From Acidobacteriota bacterium (lineage in GTDB: Bacteria; Acidobacteriota; UBA4820; DSQY01): a stretch of DNA of 64,000 nucleotides. Each line of letters starts with the position of its first letter. Position 1 is the first letter of the stretch. Below are positions 1-9,120 of the stretch, piece after piece. Below the pieces are notes generated by a model. That model did no database searches. It was given only the letters and a program-made list of their open reading frames with translations, and was not told the origin of the DNA. A program made the translations under genes and the position numbers. The DNA is taken from positions 1 to 64,000 of the forward strand of contig JBMFSH010000009.1 of the NCBI GenBank assembly GCA_049967655.1. Reading direction: 5' to 3'.

Positions 1-1
1 C

Positions 2-1147
2 TTTAACAACATAGTCGTCAACAATCCCCACTACACCGATCTCTTCAAGGCGGCTGAGGCGAGCCACGACCAGATCCTGCAGGAGACGAGCGCCGGGTAC
101 CGTTACCTCGTCCGCCATTCGGACGGCAGCCGCAGCCTTCGCATGAATCCGAAGCACAGTTGGTTTCTTGGCGTGGCCGGCCTCTACCACGACCCAGGCT
201 TCTCCAGCACCCTCCCCCTGGCTGGGGTTGAATACTTCAACGCGAACTGGATGCACACCAACGCCCAAATGCAGATTTTCGCCTCTGGCGCGCTGAACAC
301 GCTCATCCTCTCGAAGGTTCGGCTCTGGCCTTCGGTGGACGGCGAAGTCCATGGGACCTTCTTCCTGGTACCCATGCGGGACATGGTCTACCGAAATGGC
401 CAAGAGGACAAACTGGAGCGGATCAAAAACCTCAACGAGAGTCTCGCCGGCAGCCTCGGCTGGCGGATGACACCGGCCACCAAGCTCGCCTTCACGCTGA
501 GCGTCAGCTATCGAGGCTTCCGCCGCAGTTCCTTCACCTCGCCCCTCTTCAAGATGCCCTCGGACCATTTCAACTTCGGGGGAGGGCTCGACTTCACGGG
601 GGCCTGGGGCGGGTTTTCCATGGAGGCCACATGGGAGGTCCACCACCGAACCCAATGGCAGAGGTGGGGGCTTCCTGGTTTGGAAGACGAGGACTCTCTA
701 GCCCGCGACTACCGGCTGTGGAGCCTCGCCATGAGCCAGAACTTCTCCCTCACCGGTACCCAGAAACTGGCCATTGGACTGACCTGGCTCGACGGGCAGC
801 GCCTGGACCGGTTCAGCCGCTACCAGTTCACCTGGATGGGGCCGCAATCGCTCGCCGGCTTCAGCGGGAGCGGCGTGCGCTTCGAGCGGGGGTCCATCGG
901 CACCTTCGCCTACACCTTCAACCTCGCCGACGTGGTTCACCTCGGTCTCTCGGTACAGCGTGCCCGCGTGCAGGTGGACCGCTTGCAAGGGCCGTGGGAG
1001 GACCATACCGGCGTCGGCCTCCTGGCGGCCGTGGGCGGCCCCGCCCACACCTACATCACCGCGAGCATCGGGTACGCCCTACACAGCGACATCCCAGCGG
1101 TCAAAGGCCAGCGCGTCGTCTTCCTTCGAATCTGGAAGCTCTTCTGA
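2..1147 (+). CDS. Outer-membrane beta-barrel-like protein, 5'-truncated by the window edge
   Basis: The frame is open from base 2 (FNNIVVNNPHY...) into the listed 143..1147 ORF. It has alternating hydrophobic/polar beta-strand-like segments rich in aromatics and Gly, and a C-terminal Phe (…FLRIWKLF) typical of BAM substrates. Confidence 0.6.
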   Translation, partial: FNNIVVNNPHYTDLFKAAEASHDQILQETSAGYRYLVRHSDGSRSLRMNPKHSWFLGVAGLYHDPGFSSTLPLAGVEYFNANWMHTNAQMQIFASGALNTLILSKVRLWPSVDGEVHGTFFLVPMRDMVYRNGQEDKLERIKNLNESLAGSLGWRMTPATKLAFTLSVSYRGFRRSSFTSPLFKMPSDHFNFGGGLDFTGAWGGFSMEATWEVHHRTQWQRWGLPGLEDEDSLARDYRLWSLAMSQNFSLTGTQKLAIGLTWLDGQRLDRFSRYQFTWMGPQSLAGFSGSGVRFERGSIGTFAYTFNLADVVHLGLSVQRARVQVDRLQGPWEDHTGVGLLAAVGGPAHTYITASIGYALHSDIPAVKGQRVVFLRIWKLF

Positions 1148-1317
1148 TTCCAAGTCTCCAATGAAGCCTAACCACAGAGGCGGGAGGCACAGAGACCCCA
1201 ATCCCGCGATGGAGGAGGGGGATAGCCGTGGAAAGCGCGACAGGACACGCCCAGTGGGAAAGGGTGTCACACCCATGAGGGATTGGGGACCATCGAGCCG
1301 AAGGTGAAAACGAATGA

Positions 1318-1851
1318 CTACCGTGGATCCCGCAACGGCACGACGCGGCCTGAATCACGGCACGCCGAGAGGAGTTCGGCGGGGGTGAGGCGAAGCAGGG
1401 GGTGGCGCCAGGTGGCGCCCAGCTCCGAAAACGGAACGAGAAGGCAGCGCCTTCGCACCATGGCCGGATGGGGCAGACGAAGCCGGGGCGTCCAGCGGAC
1501 GCAGCTTCCGTAGCAGAGGAGATCCACGTCGAGGGTACGGGGGCTGTGGCGGCCGTTCCTCCGGCGGCCGAGGCGCTCTTCGGCGCCCTGGGCCAACGCG
1601 AGAAGCGCGTCGGGCGAGAGGCGGGTTCTGAGGGAGAGAACCTGATTGAGATACCAGGGCTGAGGCGCCGCCTCCACGGGCTCGGTCTCGTAGACAATCG
1701 ATCGGCCGACGATTTCCACCGCCCCGGTCGCCTCCAGCCAAGCGGCCGCGCTCTCCAGCCAGCGCCTCCGGTCCCCCACGTTGCTGCCCAGGCCCAGCGC
1801 CACGAAGGGCTCCTCCAGCGGCGCCCGACGGGTTCCCGAGTGGAGTTCCAT
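1318..1851 (-). CDS. folK: 2-amino-4-hydroxy-6-hydroxymethyldihydropteridine diphosphokinase (HPPK)
   Basis: Motifs ALGLGSNVGD, SIVYETEP, YLNQV, PRTLDVDLL and LPHP. Confidence 0.95.
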   Translation of the reverse strand: MELHSGTRRAPLEEPFVALGLGSNVGDRRRWLESAAAWLEATGAVEIVGRSIVYETEPVEAAPQPWYLNQVLSLRTRLSPDALLALAQGAEERLGRRRNGRHSPRTLDVDLLCYGSCVRWTPRLRLPHPAMVRRRCLLVPFSELGATWRHPLLRLTPAELLSACRDSGRVVPLRDPR

Positions 1852-1854
1852 GGG

Positions 1855-2658
1855 TTACAGACCGACGGTGAGGCCGTCGTAGGCGCAGAAGGCCGCGGGG
1901 AACTCCTTTTGCGCCATCCGCTCCTTGCGCCGGATCTCGCGGTCGGAGTGGAAGGTGTCGTGGTGGGTCAGGGCCAGTCGCCGGACGCCGGCCTCCCGGG
2001 CGGTCCGCACGCAGTCGAGCCAGGTGGAGTGGCCCCAGCCCTTGCGATGGGGCGCCTCCTCCACCGTGTTGTTGGAGTCCTGGATGAGCAGGTCCGCCCC
2101 GCGGGCGTGCTCCACGAGGAGACGGTCCATATCGCCTCCGTCCGGCTCGGAATCGGTGGCGTAGGTGAGGCGCACCCCGCCGGCCTCGATCACGTATCCC
2201 AGGCAGCTCTGGGGATGATTCACGGGAAAGGGCGTTATCTTGGCGTGGCCCACCTGCAACGGACCTTCCACGGTCACGAACTCGATCCTGGCGGCCAGAG
2301 CCTCGAGGGGGATCGGCGAGTAAGGGCCCAGGAGCTGGCTGGAAAAGACCGATTCCACGCCGGGTCGCCCGTAGATGACGATGCGAGCGTCGGGGTGGTA
2401 CACCATCTTGAAGAAGGGCAGCCCCTGGATGTGGTCCCAGTGAAAGTGGGAGAAGAAAAGGTGCAGGGTCTCCTCTTCAATGAGACCGCCGTTGTGCAGC
2501 CGGTCCCCCAGGGAGACAATGCCCGTCCCCGCGTCGAAGAGGAGCCGCTCGGTGCCTCCCAGCTTCACCTCCAGGCAGGAGGTGTTGGTGCCGAAGTGGA
2601 TCTTCTGTTTGGAAAAGCACGGGACGCTCCCGCGGGTCCCCCAGAAGGTGACTTCCAT
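1855..2658 (-). CDS. MBL-fold metallo-hydrolase (RNase Z / phosphodiesterase-like)
   Basis: FWGTRGS N-terminus, GTNTSC, DAGTG, metal motif SHFHWDHIQG, TD, GWGHS and LTHHD. Start placed at MEVTFWG after an AAGGAAGG RBS. Confidence 0.85.
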   Translation of the reverse strand: MEVTFWGTRGSVPCFSKQKIHFGTNTSCLEVKLGGTERLLFDAGTGIVSLGDRLHNGGLIEEETLHLFFSHFHWDHIQGLPFFKMVYHPDARIVIYGRPGVESVFSSQLLGPYSPIPLEALAARIEFVTVEGPLQVGHAKITPFPVNHPQSCLGYVIEAGGVRLTYATDSEPDGGDMDRLLVEHARGADLLIQDSNNTVEEAPHRKGWGHSTWLDCVRTAREAGVRRLALTHHDTFHSDREIRRKERMAQKEFPAAFCAYDGLTVGL

Positions 2659-2683
2659 GAACCCTTCCTTGCGTGCCGAGCGT

Positions 2684-2731
2684 AGCATAGCCCCCTGGGG
2701 GGATCAATCCAAGGCCGTGATACAGCTCACA
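2684..2731 (-). promoter_or_regulatory. Putative sigma70 promoter with an upstream CRP/FNR-family operator
   Basis: Minus strand reads TGTGA-GCTGTA-TCACG (2731-2716), then TTGGAT (2712-2707), a 17-nt spacer and TATGCT (2689-2684). Confidence 0.45.
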
Positions 2732-2787
2732 TTCGCCGCGTCACGCGCCCCTCCACTCTACACCCTCAACCCTACACCCTCCACCCC

Positions 2788-4152
2788 TCAGAAGGGGTAC
2801 CCCTTGAAGGCGAGCTTCTTGAGGGCGCGCTGGAGGGAGGAGTCGAAGATATCGAGGAAGGCGGCGGCCTGCTCTCGGTCGATGATCAGCGGAGGGCAGA
2901 TCCGGATGGCGTTGGGCCCGCATCCCAGGATGAGCAGGCCCTGCTCGAAGGCCTGGACCTCCACCTCGTCCCGAAGTTCGGGAAAGCGCTCCTTGGTTTC
3001 GCGGCTCTTGACGAGCTCCACGCCGATCATGAGCCCCTTGCCGCGCACGTCTCCGATGACCGGGTATTTGGCCATCATCTCCTTGAGGCCCGCCATGAGG
3101 AAGGCGCCCATCTCGGCGGCGTTCGCCATGAGCCCTTCGTCCAAGAGCTCCAGGGTCTCGACCGCGGCCCGGCAGGCCAGCGGGTTTCCGCCGAAGGTGG
3201 AGGCGTGGCTGCCCGGTGGCCACTTCATGATGTTGCCCGAGGCCACGCACGCTGAGAGGGGCAGCCCCGAGGCGATGCCCTTGGCCAGGCACGTGATGTC
3301 CCCCTTCACCCCGAAATGCTCGATGGCCAGGAACTTGCCCGTCCGGCCCACGCCGGCCTGGACCTCGTCGTCCACAAGGAGCACGTCGTATTTGTCGCAC
3401 ATGGCCCTCAGGCCCTGGATGAACTCCGGCGGGGGAACCACGTACCCGCCCTCTCCCTGAATGGATTCCACGAAGATGGCGGCGATCTCGTTGGGGGGGG
3501 CGACGCTCTTGAAGGCCGTCTCCTCGATGAAGGAAAGGCACTGGAACTTGCACTTGCCGTAGGTCTGGCCGTAGACGCACCGGTAGCAGTCGGCGTAGGG
3601 CACGTGGGTCACGCCGTCCATGAGCGGGAAGAACTGCTCCTTCTGGATGGCCTTGCTCGCGGTCAGGGAGAGGGCGCCGGTCGTGCGGCCGTGGAAGGCC
3701 CCGTAGAAGGCGATGAACCGCTTCCGCTTCGTGTAATACTTGGCGAGCTTGATGGCCCCCTCGATGGCCTCCGCGCCGGAGTTCCCGAAGTGGACGCGCA
3801 TCTTCCCGTCGCCCGGCATGTGCTTCACCACCGCCTCGGCGGCCTCCACCTGGGGCGGATAGTAGAAGTCGGTGCCGCTGATGTGCAGCAGCTTGCCCGC
3901 CTGGTCCCGGATGGCCTCGACCACGCGCGGATGGCAGTGGCCCGTAGAGACTACGGCGATTCCGGCGGCGAAGTCCAGGAAGCAGTTCCCGTCTGGGTCC
4001 TTCACCACGGCTCCCTTGGCCTCCTCGGCCACCAGGGGATAGCCGCGGGTGTAGGAGGTGGAAACAAACCGGTTGTCCTTTTGGATGATCGCCTTGGCCT
4101 TCGGACCGGGCAGCTCCGTGTGGATCTGCGGAAGTCGCGGGAATTCGCTCAT
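2788..4152 (-). CDS. Class III PLP aminotransferase (acetylornithine / 4-aminobutyrate aminotransferase family)
   Basis: Motifs LDFAAGIAV, NSGAEAIEGA, FHGRT, ESIQGEGGY, DDEVQAGVGRTG, LAKG (PLP lysine) and STFGGNP. Confidence 0.9.
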   Translation of the reverse strand: MSEFPRLPQIHTELPGPKAKAIIQKDNRFVSTSYTRGYPLVAEEAKGAVVKDPDGNCFLDFAAGIAVVSTGHCHPRVVEAIRDQAGKLLHISGTDFYYPPQVEAAEAVVKHMPGDGKMRVHFGNSGAEAIEGAIKLAKYYTKRKRFIAFYGAFHGRTTGALSLTASKAIQKEQFFPLMDGVTHVPYADCYRCVYGQTYGKCKFQCLSFIEETAFKSVAPPNEIAAIFVESIQGEGGYVVPPPEFIQGLRAMCDKYDVLLVDDEVQAGVGRTGKFLAIEHFGVKGDITCLAKGIASGLPLSACVASGNIMKWPPGSHASTFGGNPLACRAAVETLELLDEGLMANAAEMGAFLMAGLKEMMAKYPVIGDVRGKGLMIGVELVKSRETKERFPELRDEVEVQAFEQGLLILGCGPNAIRICPPLIIDREQAAAFLDIFDSSLQRALKKLAFKGYPF

Positions 4153-4219
4153 GTTCGCCTCGCTTGTCTGGGGTGACCCGGTGAGGGTTCGTCCGCTCCG
4201 AACGAAGACGGTTACCTGG

Positions 4220-5512
4220 TCACTGGATTACGGGTTCCTCGGAGGGCGCGCCCGCCGCGATGTCCCTGCGGTAGTGCATCCCCTCGAAATGGATGTGGCC
4301 GATGGCCGCGTAGGCTCTCTCCCTGGCCTGGGCCAGGCTCTCTCCCACGGCGGTCACGTCGAGGACTCTTCCGCCGGCCGTCCGCAAGAGACCCTCCTCC
4401 CGGCGCGTCCCCGCATGAAAGACGATGACCCCCTCCCGCGCGGCGGCCTCCTCGACGCCCCTGATGGGCACGCCCGTTGGGTAGGGACCGGGATAGCCGC
4501 CCGAAGCCAGGACCACGGTCACGACCGCGCCGGACTTCCATCGCACGGTGGAGGGATCGAAGCTCCCACGGGCACAAGCCAGGCAGATCTCGGCGAGGTC
4601 GCCCTGAAGGAGCGGCACAACGACCTGCGTCTCGGGGTCCCCGAACCGGCAGTTGAACTCCAGGAGGCTGGGTCCGTCGGAGGTGAGCATCAGGCCGGCG
4701 TACAGCACGCCTCGGTAGGGATGCCCCTCCTCGGCCATGCCCTTGAGGGACGGCCGAACGATCGTCTCGATGGCCTCCTCGATCTGGAGGGCCGACATGT
4801 TTCCGGCCGGACAGTAGGCGCCCATTCCTCCTGTGTTGGCGCCGCGGTCGCCATCGAAGATTCGCTTGTGGTCCCGCGCCGGCGGCATGGGCGCCACCCT
4901 CTCCCCGTCGGTGAAGACCATGAGGGAGGCCTCCTCGCCGGTCACGAACCGCTCCACGATCATCCGGCCCCCAGCGCCTCCGAATTCCCGGCGGCGAAGG
5001 ATGCGCGTCGTTCCCTCCAGGGCCTCGCCCAGATCCTGGCAGATCAGGACGCCCTTTCCCGCCGCCAAGCCGTCCGCCTTGAGGACCGTGGGGAATCCCT
5101 CTCCCCCGCGCCTCAGGTACTGCTCCGCCTCGCCGGGGTCGGAGAAGACCTGGTAAGGGGCCGTGGGGATGGCGTGGCGGACGCAGAACTCCTTCGTGAA
5201 GACCTTCGACCACTCGAGCCGGGCCGCCTCCCGGGAGGGGCCAAAACAGGGGATGCCCACCTCCTCAAGGGCCTGGGCGATGCCATCGGCCAGAGGGGCC
5301 TCGGGACCCACCACCACCAGATCGGCCCTCATGCCCTTGGCCGCCTTCACCAGCCCGGCAAGGTCATCGGCCTTCACGCCGGCCGTTTCACAGAGGCCCT
5401 CGGCTCCGGCGTTTCCAGGCGCCCAGACCAGCCCACTCACGGCCGGGGAGCGCCTCAGCGCCCACGCCAGGGCGTGTTCCCGTCCTCCGCTTCCCACGAG
5501 CATCACGCGCAC
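4220..5512 (-). CDS. purD: Phosphoribosylamine--glycine ligase
   Basis: VGSGGREHAL, APGNAG, VVGPEAPL, KADGLAAGKGV, NTGGMGAY and EFNCRFGDPE. GTG start assumed at VRVMLVG. Confidence 0.95.
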   Translation of the reverse strand: MRVMLVGSGGREHALAWALRRSPAVSGLVWAPGNAGAEGLCETAGVKADDLAGLVKAAKGMRADLVVVGPEAPLADGIAQALEEVGIPCFGPSREAARLEWSKVFTKEFCVRHAIPTAPYQVFSDPGEAEQYLRRGGEGFPTVLKADGLAAGKGVLICQDLGEALEGTTRILRRREFGGAGGRMIVERFVTGEEASLMVFTDGERVAPMPPARDHKRIFDGDRGANTGGMGAYCPAGNMSALQIEEAIETIVRPSLKGMAEEGHPYRGVLYAGLMLTSDGPSLLEFNCRFGDPETQVVVPLLQGDLAEICLACARGSFDPSTVRWKSGAVVTVVLASGGYPGPYPTGVPIRGVEEAAAREGVIVFHAGTRREEGLLRTAGGRVLDVTAVGESLAQARERAYAAIGHIHFEGMHYRRDIAAGAPSEEPVIQ

Positions 5513-5537
5513 CGCACAGCCCCTTCGCAAAGCTTGT

Positions 5538-5567
5538 ATTTTAGGCTCATGCAGGCCAATGGGTCAA
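5538..5567 (-). promoter_or_regulatory. Putative sigma70 promoter of purD
   Basis: Minus strand TTGACC-N18-TAAAAT just upstream of the purD start. Confidence 0.55.
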
Positions 5568-5846
5568 CTCTTGCGGAGATTCTTGCGAGGATTCCTTGCG
5601 GGGATTCCTATAGCGGCTTCCCCGGTCCAGCGGAGTGTGACGCCCACGCCATTTGCATGAGGGCTTGCACCGCTTCGGGTCGCGCGAAAGCGCACTCCCC
5701 AAGGAGGGCCTCCGCCGGCCCTCCTCGGCGCACCCCCCGCTTCGCGGCGGGCGCTGCTCCTCCCTGCCCTCACGCCGGATGCCCTCCGCAGCGGGGGAAC
5801 CTCCCCGTTCCCCCGCACCCCCTCGACCGCCGACTTCGCTGGTTCG

Positions 5847-7454
5847 CTACCGCCGAGCGGCTTCCACCCGGTTCCGGCCCCGCCGCTTGGCCTCGTAGAG
5901 GGCTTCGTCGGCGGCGCGTTGGATTCCGGTGGGCGTAGTGCAGGGGTGGGGAAAGGAGGCGACCCCGATGCTGATGGTCACCGGGCAGGGCAGCACGCCC
6001 TCGCCTCCGGAAGGGAGGCCTTCGATGACCGAGCGGGCCCTTTCGGCAACGGCGACGGCCTCCTCCTGAGGGCAGAGGGGCAGGATGGCGGCGAATTCTT
6101 CCCCCCCGTAGCGGCAGAGCACGTCGATCTCGCGGAAGCACATCTGGAGGCGCTGGGCCACCTCCCGTAGCGTCGCGTCCCCGGCGGGGTGCCCGTAGGT
6201 ATCGTTGACGGCTTTGAAGTGGTCGATATCCAGGATCAGGAGCGAGACGGGCGAACCCTGGCGCTGACCGCGCTTGAGCTCCTCCAGAAGGCGCTCCTCG
6301 AAGTGCCGGCGATTGTACAGGCCGGTAAGGGAGTCCTTCATGGAGTTCTCCTCGTTCATGAGGTTGAGGAGGGCCAAGTTCATGAGGGCCGACACCTGTT
6401 TCAGAAAACGGCTGGCGGCCAGCCGATTTTCCTCGGAGAAATCCTCCTCGGGCTTGCCCACGATGCCCACCACCCCGAAGACCTCGCCGGTCATTTCCAG
6501 GGGCTGGAGGTAGGCCACCGCTCCCACCGGAAAGGGCTCGCCCTTGTACAGAATCGGCATGGCCGTTTCGCGGCTGGTGGCCCCCTCAACGTAGAGCGGT
6601 TCTCGCCCGCGGGTCTGGACCCAGTGGGCCCAGGTGTTCCTGTCCAGGTACTGGAGGTGATCGGGAGCCCGGAACCGCTTGGTGAGCAGCCTGGAAAACC
6701 TGGCCATGGGACTTTGGACCACAACGAACCCGTAGATCGCGGGAAGCAGGTCGAACAGCGCATCCAGGGAAAGCCCGGCGATCTCCTCGGGATCCCGCTC
6801 GTTGAGCATGCGCTCCAGTCCCCGCGCCAGCCTCTCCTCCTGGTCCCTGGAGGCGGAGAGCGCCGCGTGAAAGGCCGCAAAGGTCTCCCATCCGTCCAAG
6901 ACCCTGGCACAGCGGCGGAGGATGGCCATTTCCCGCTCCTCGAAGGGCACCCCGGCCGCTCTGTGGCAGCACAGCACGCCGCGGACCTTGCCCCGGTGGG
7001 TCAGAGGCAAGAGAGCCAGGCTCACCGGGCCCTCCCGCTCGGGCAGGTAGCCGAGGCTCTGGGCGTGGACCGTCTCTGCCGCGAGCTCCCGCTCCCCGTC
7101 CAGAGCGAGGGCCGGGAGCCCATCCCTGCGGGGGACGGAGGGCGCGGCTTTCAGGCCCGGGTTGCAGAGGGCCACCTTCCAGCCCGCGCCGGACGGGAGG
7201 AGGATCACGATTCCCTCGGCGTCGGAGGCCTGCCGGGCGAGCGCGAGAAACTGGCTAGCCAGCGCCGCCGGATCGGGCGGCCTGTGGCCATCCACCAGCG
7301 CCTCGTCGGGTGACCAATCGGGCACCGCCGCCTTGGATGGGGCCCTGCGGCGCTTGCGCCAGAAGAGCCCTCCAAAGGTCAGCAGCGCCAGGGCCAGCGC
7401 GCCCAGACCGGCGAGAACCGCCGGATTCAGGAGCGCTTCCATCTCCACCCCCAC
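5847..7454 (-). CDS. Membrane-anchored GAF-GAF-GGDEF diguanylate cyclase
   Basis: N-terminal TM helix and two GAF-like regions, followed by DSLTGLYNRR, DIDHFKAVNDTYGH, I-site REID and active site RYGGEEF. Confidence 0.9.
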   Translation of the reverse strand: MGVEMEALLNPAVLAGLGALALALLTFGGLFWRKRRRAPSKAAVPDWSPDEALVDGHRPPDPAALASQFLALARQASDAEGIVILLPSGAGWKVALCNPGLKAAPSVPRRDGLPALALDGERELAAETVHAQSLGYLPEREGPVSLALLPLTHRGKVRGVLCCHRAAGVPFEEREMAILRRCARVLDGWETFAAFHAALSASRDQEERLARGLERMLNERDPEEIAGLSLDALFDLLPAIYGFVVVQSPMARFSRLLTKRFRAPDHLQYLDRNTWAHWVQTRGREPLYVEGATSRETAMPILYKGEPFPVGAVAYLQPLEMTGEVFGVVGIVGKPEEDFSEENRLAASRFLKQVSALMNLALLNLMNEENSMKDSLTGLYNRRHFEERLLEELKRGQRQGSPVSLLILDIDHFKAVNDTYGHPAGDATLREVAQRLQMCFREIDVLCRYGGEEFAAILPLCPQEEAVAVAERARSVIEGLPSGGEGVLPCPVTISIGVASFPHPCTTPTGIQRAADEALYEAKRRGRNRVEAARR

Positions 7455-7795
7455 CAGAGGAGAACCCCTGCCATGCCCCCGATCACGTCGCGCCCTAAGT
7501 CGGCCAGATCGGGCAGGCGGTTCGGGACGAAGGCCTGGTGAAGCTCATCCGTCACCCCGAAAAAGGCCGTCAGCAGCAGGGCCAAGGCCATCAGAGGCAG
7601 GATGGGGCGGCGGTCCCAGCTCCCGTGCAGCGCCCTGGCGAGGAGGAGGCTGAGCAACGCGTACTCGGGGTAGTGAAGCAGGTCCTGAGAGATGAATCTC
7701 GGCACGGGCGGATGAGACATGCTCGACAGGGCGAAGATCACGGCGAGGTAGGCGGCGGGCGGCAACCAGAGGGCGAGCGCGCGCCGTCCCGTCAC
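7427..7795 (-). CDS. VanZ family membrane protein
   Basis: LWLPPAAYLAVIFALSS, HYPEYALL and DELHQAFVPNR...DL..D. The GTG start overlaps the upstream stop (GTGA). Confidence 0.85.
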   Translation of the reverse strand: MTGRRALALWLPPAAYLAVIFALSSMSHPPVPRFISQDLLHYPEYALLSLLLARALHGSWDRRPILPLMALALLLTAFFGVTDELHQAFVPNRLPDLADLGRDVIGGMAGVLLWWGWRWKRS

Positions 7796-7968
7796 CGGGC
7801 CGTCCAGAGCATGAAGTAGGCGAAGAGGAGGGAGCCGACCACCATCCACGCCATCGTCTTGCCCACGGACTTCCAGAACCCTCTGCGGTCACGCTGGTTC
7901 AAGGTGGCAAAGAAAAGGGCCACCAGGAGCGAGAAAACGACGAGAGAGAGGAAGTGGTCGTTCAGCAT
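7792..7968 (-). CDS. Small (58 aa) two-TM membrane protein, absent from the ORF track
   Basis: Manual translation gives MLNDHFLSLVVFSLLVALFFATLNQRDRRGFWKSVGKTMAWMVVGSLLFAYFMLWTAR*. The start overlaps the upstream stop (TGATG), the stop overlaps the VanZ start (GTGA), and there is an AAGGAG RBS. Confidence 0.75.
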   Translation of the reverse strand: MLNDHFLSLVVFSLLVALFFATLNQRDRRGFWKSVGKTMAWMVVGSLLFAYFMLWTAR

Positions 7969-8360
7969 CACTCCTTCCTCCCAACGGCGATGTCAAAGGC
8001 GTCCATCATCAGGAGCATGTTCATGAGGCCGGCGCTGACGAGAAAGGTGTTGCCGTAGCCGAACATGAGGTCAGCCGCATCGCGCATGTCCAGCCTTCCC
8101 AGTCCGATGATCCGCCCGAGAGCGTACGGCGCGCCCAGCCCGACCTCCGCCACCGCCCCCAGCCGGTACAGCCAGTTCGGCGCGTGAAACGGGAACAGGG
8201 CGCCGTGCAGCAACAGCCCCACCCAGAAGGTCGCTCCCACGATGCAGAAAAAGGCCACCGCCCTCCGCCTCCTCCCCAGGAGCCAGTGCGACAAACCGGG
8301 GAGGAGGAGGGTGGGTAGCGAGTAGGCGTAAGCCTTCCAGCGGGGCGGGGTGGAAGGCAT
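7968..8360 (-). CDS. Membrane protein, DUF6677-like
   Basis: LLPGLSHWLLGRRRRA N-terminal motif, three hydrophobic segments and C-terminal GLMNMLLMMDAFDIAVGRKE. Starts 1 nt after the rplI stop. Confidence 0.65.
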   Translation of the reverse strand: MPSTPPRWKAYAYSLPTLLLPGLSHWLLGRRRRAVAFFCIVGATFWVGLLLHGALFPFHAPNWLYRLGAVAEVGLGAPYALGRIIGLGRLDMRDAADLMFGYGNTFLVSAGLMNMLLMMDAFDIAVGRKE

Positions 8361-8361
8361 G

Positions 8362-8808
8362 CTACTCCTCTTTGATCACGTGGAGCCTGACCTTCGGGAT
8401 CACGTCGGGATGAAGCCTGATGGGGATCTCGAAGTCGCCAAGCTTCTTGATGGGCTCGTGAAGGACCAGTCTGCGCTTGTCCACGACGAAGCCGGCTCCC
8501 TTGATGAGATCCGCCACGTCGGTGGGGGTGACGGAGCCGTAGAGGACCTCCTGGTCGCCGGCCCGCTTGGCCACCGTGAACTCCAGGGCGGAGATCTTGT
8601 CCGCCAGCGCCTGCGCCTCTTCCTTGGCCTTGAGCTGCCGCAGCTCGTACATGCGGCGCTCCTGCTCCAGAACTTTCATGGCGCCGGGGGTGTGGCGCAT
8701 GGCCATCCCCTTGGGGAGGAGGAAGTTCCGGGCGTAGCCGTCCTTGACGGTGACCACCGCGCCCCGGGTGCCGAGGCTCTCTACGTCCTCTTTGAGAATG
8801 ACTTTCAT
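8362..8808 (-). CDS. rplI: 50S ribosomal protein L9
   Basis: MKVILKEDVESLG, VKDGYARNFLLPKG, LYGSVT and PIKKLG. Confidence 0.98.
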   Translation of the reverse strand: MKVILKEDVESLGTRGAVVTVKDGYARNFLLPKGMAMRHTPGAMKVLEQERRMYELRQLKAKEEAQALADKISALEFTVAKRAGDQEVLYGSVTPTDVADLIKGAGFVVDKRRLVLHEPIKKLGDFEIPIRLHPDVIPKVRLHVIKEE

Positions 8809-8820
8809 GGGGCTCCTCCC

Positions 8821-9108
8821 CTAATCCTGCGTGAAGGGCAGCAGCGCCAAGTGGCGGGCCCGCTTGATCGCGGCGGTCAGCTGCCGTTGGTGGATGGCGC
8901 AGGTCCCCGAGATGCGCCGCGGAACGATCTTGGCGCGTTCCCGCAGGTAACCCGCGAGCAGCTTGGTGTCCTTGTAGTCGATGAAGGGTACCCCCGAGTC
9001 GCAGAATTTGCAGTACTTCTTGCGCTTGAAGAGATAGTCCTTCTTGTAGAAGCTCTTTTTCTTGTTGGCGCCCTTGGCGCCCCTGCCACCGGCTCTACCG
9101 TTAGCCAT
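8821..9108 (-). CDS. rpsR: 30S ribosomal protein S18 (zinc-binding form)
   Basis: [25 protein letters not shown] and [12 protein letters not shown]. Confidence 0.97.
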   Translation of the reverse strand: MANGRAGGRGAKGANKKKSFYKKDYLFKRKKYCKFCDSGVPFIDYKDTKLLAGYLRERAKIVPRRISGTCAIHQRQLTAAIKRARHLALLPFTQD

Positions 9109-9120
9109 GAGAAACCCTCG

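Noticed and set aside
5650..5846. Structured ncRNA or riboswitch between the cyclase gene and purD
   Set aside because: It has several GC-rich hairpins but no recognisable aptamer consensus, and it lies upstream of the predicted purD promoter. It is more likely REP-like DNA.
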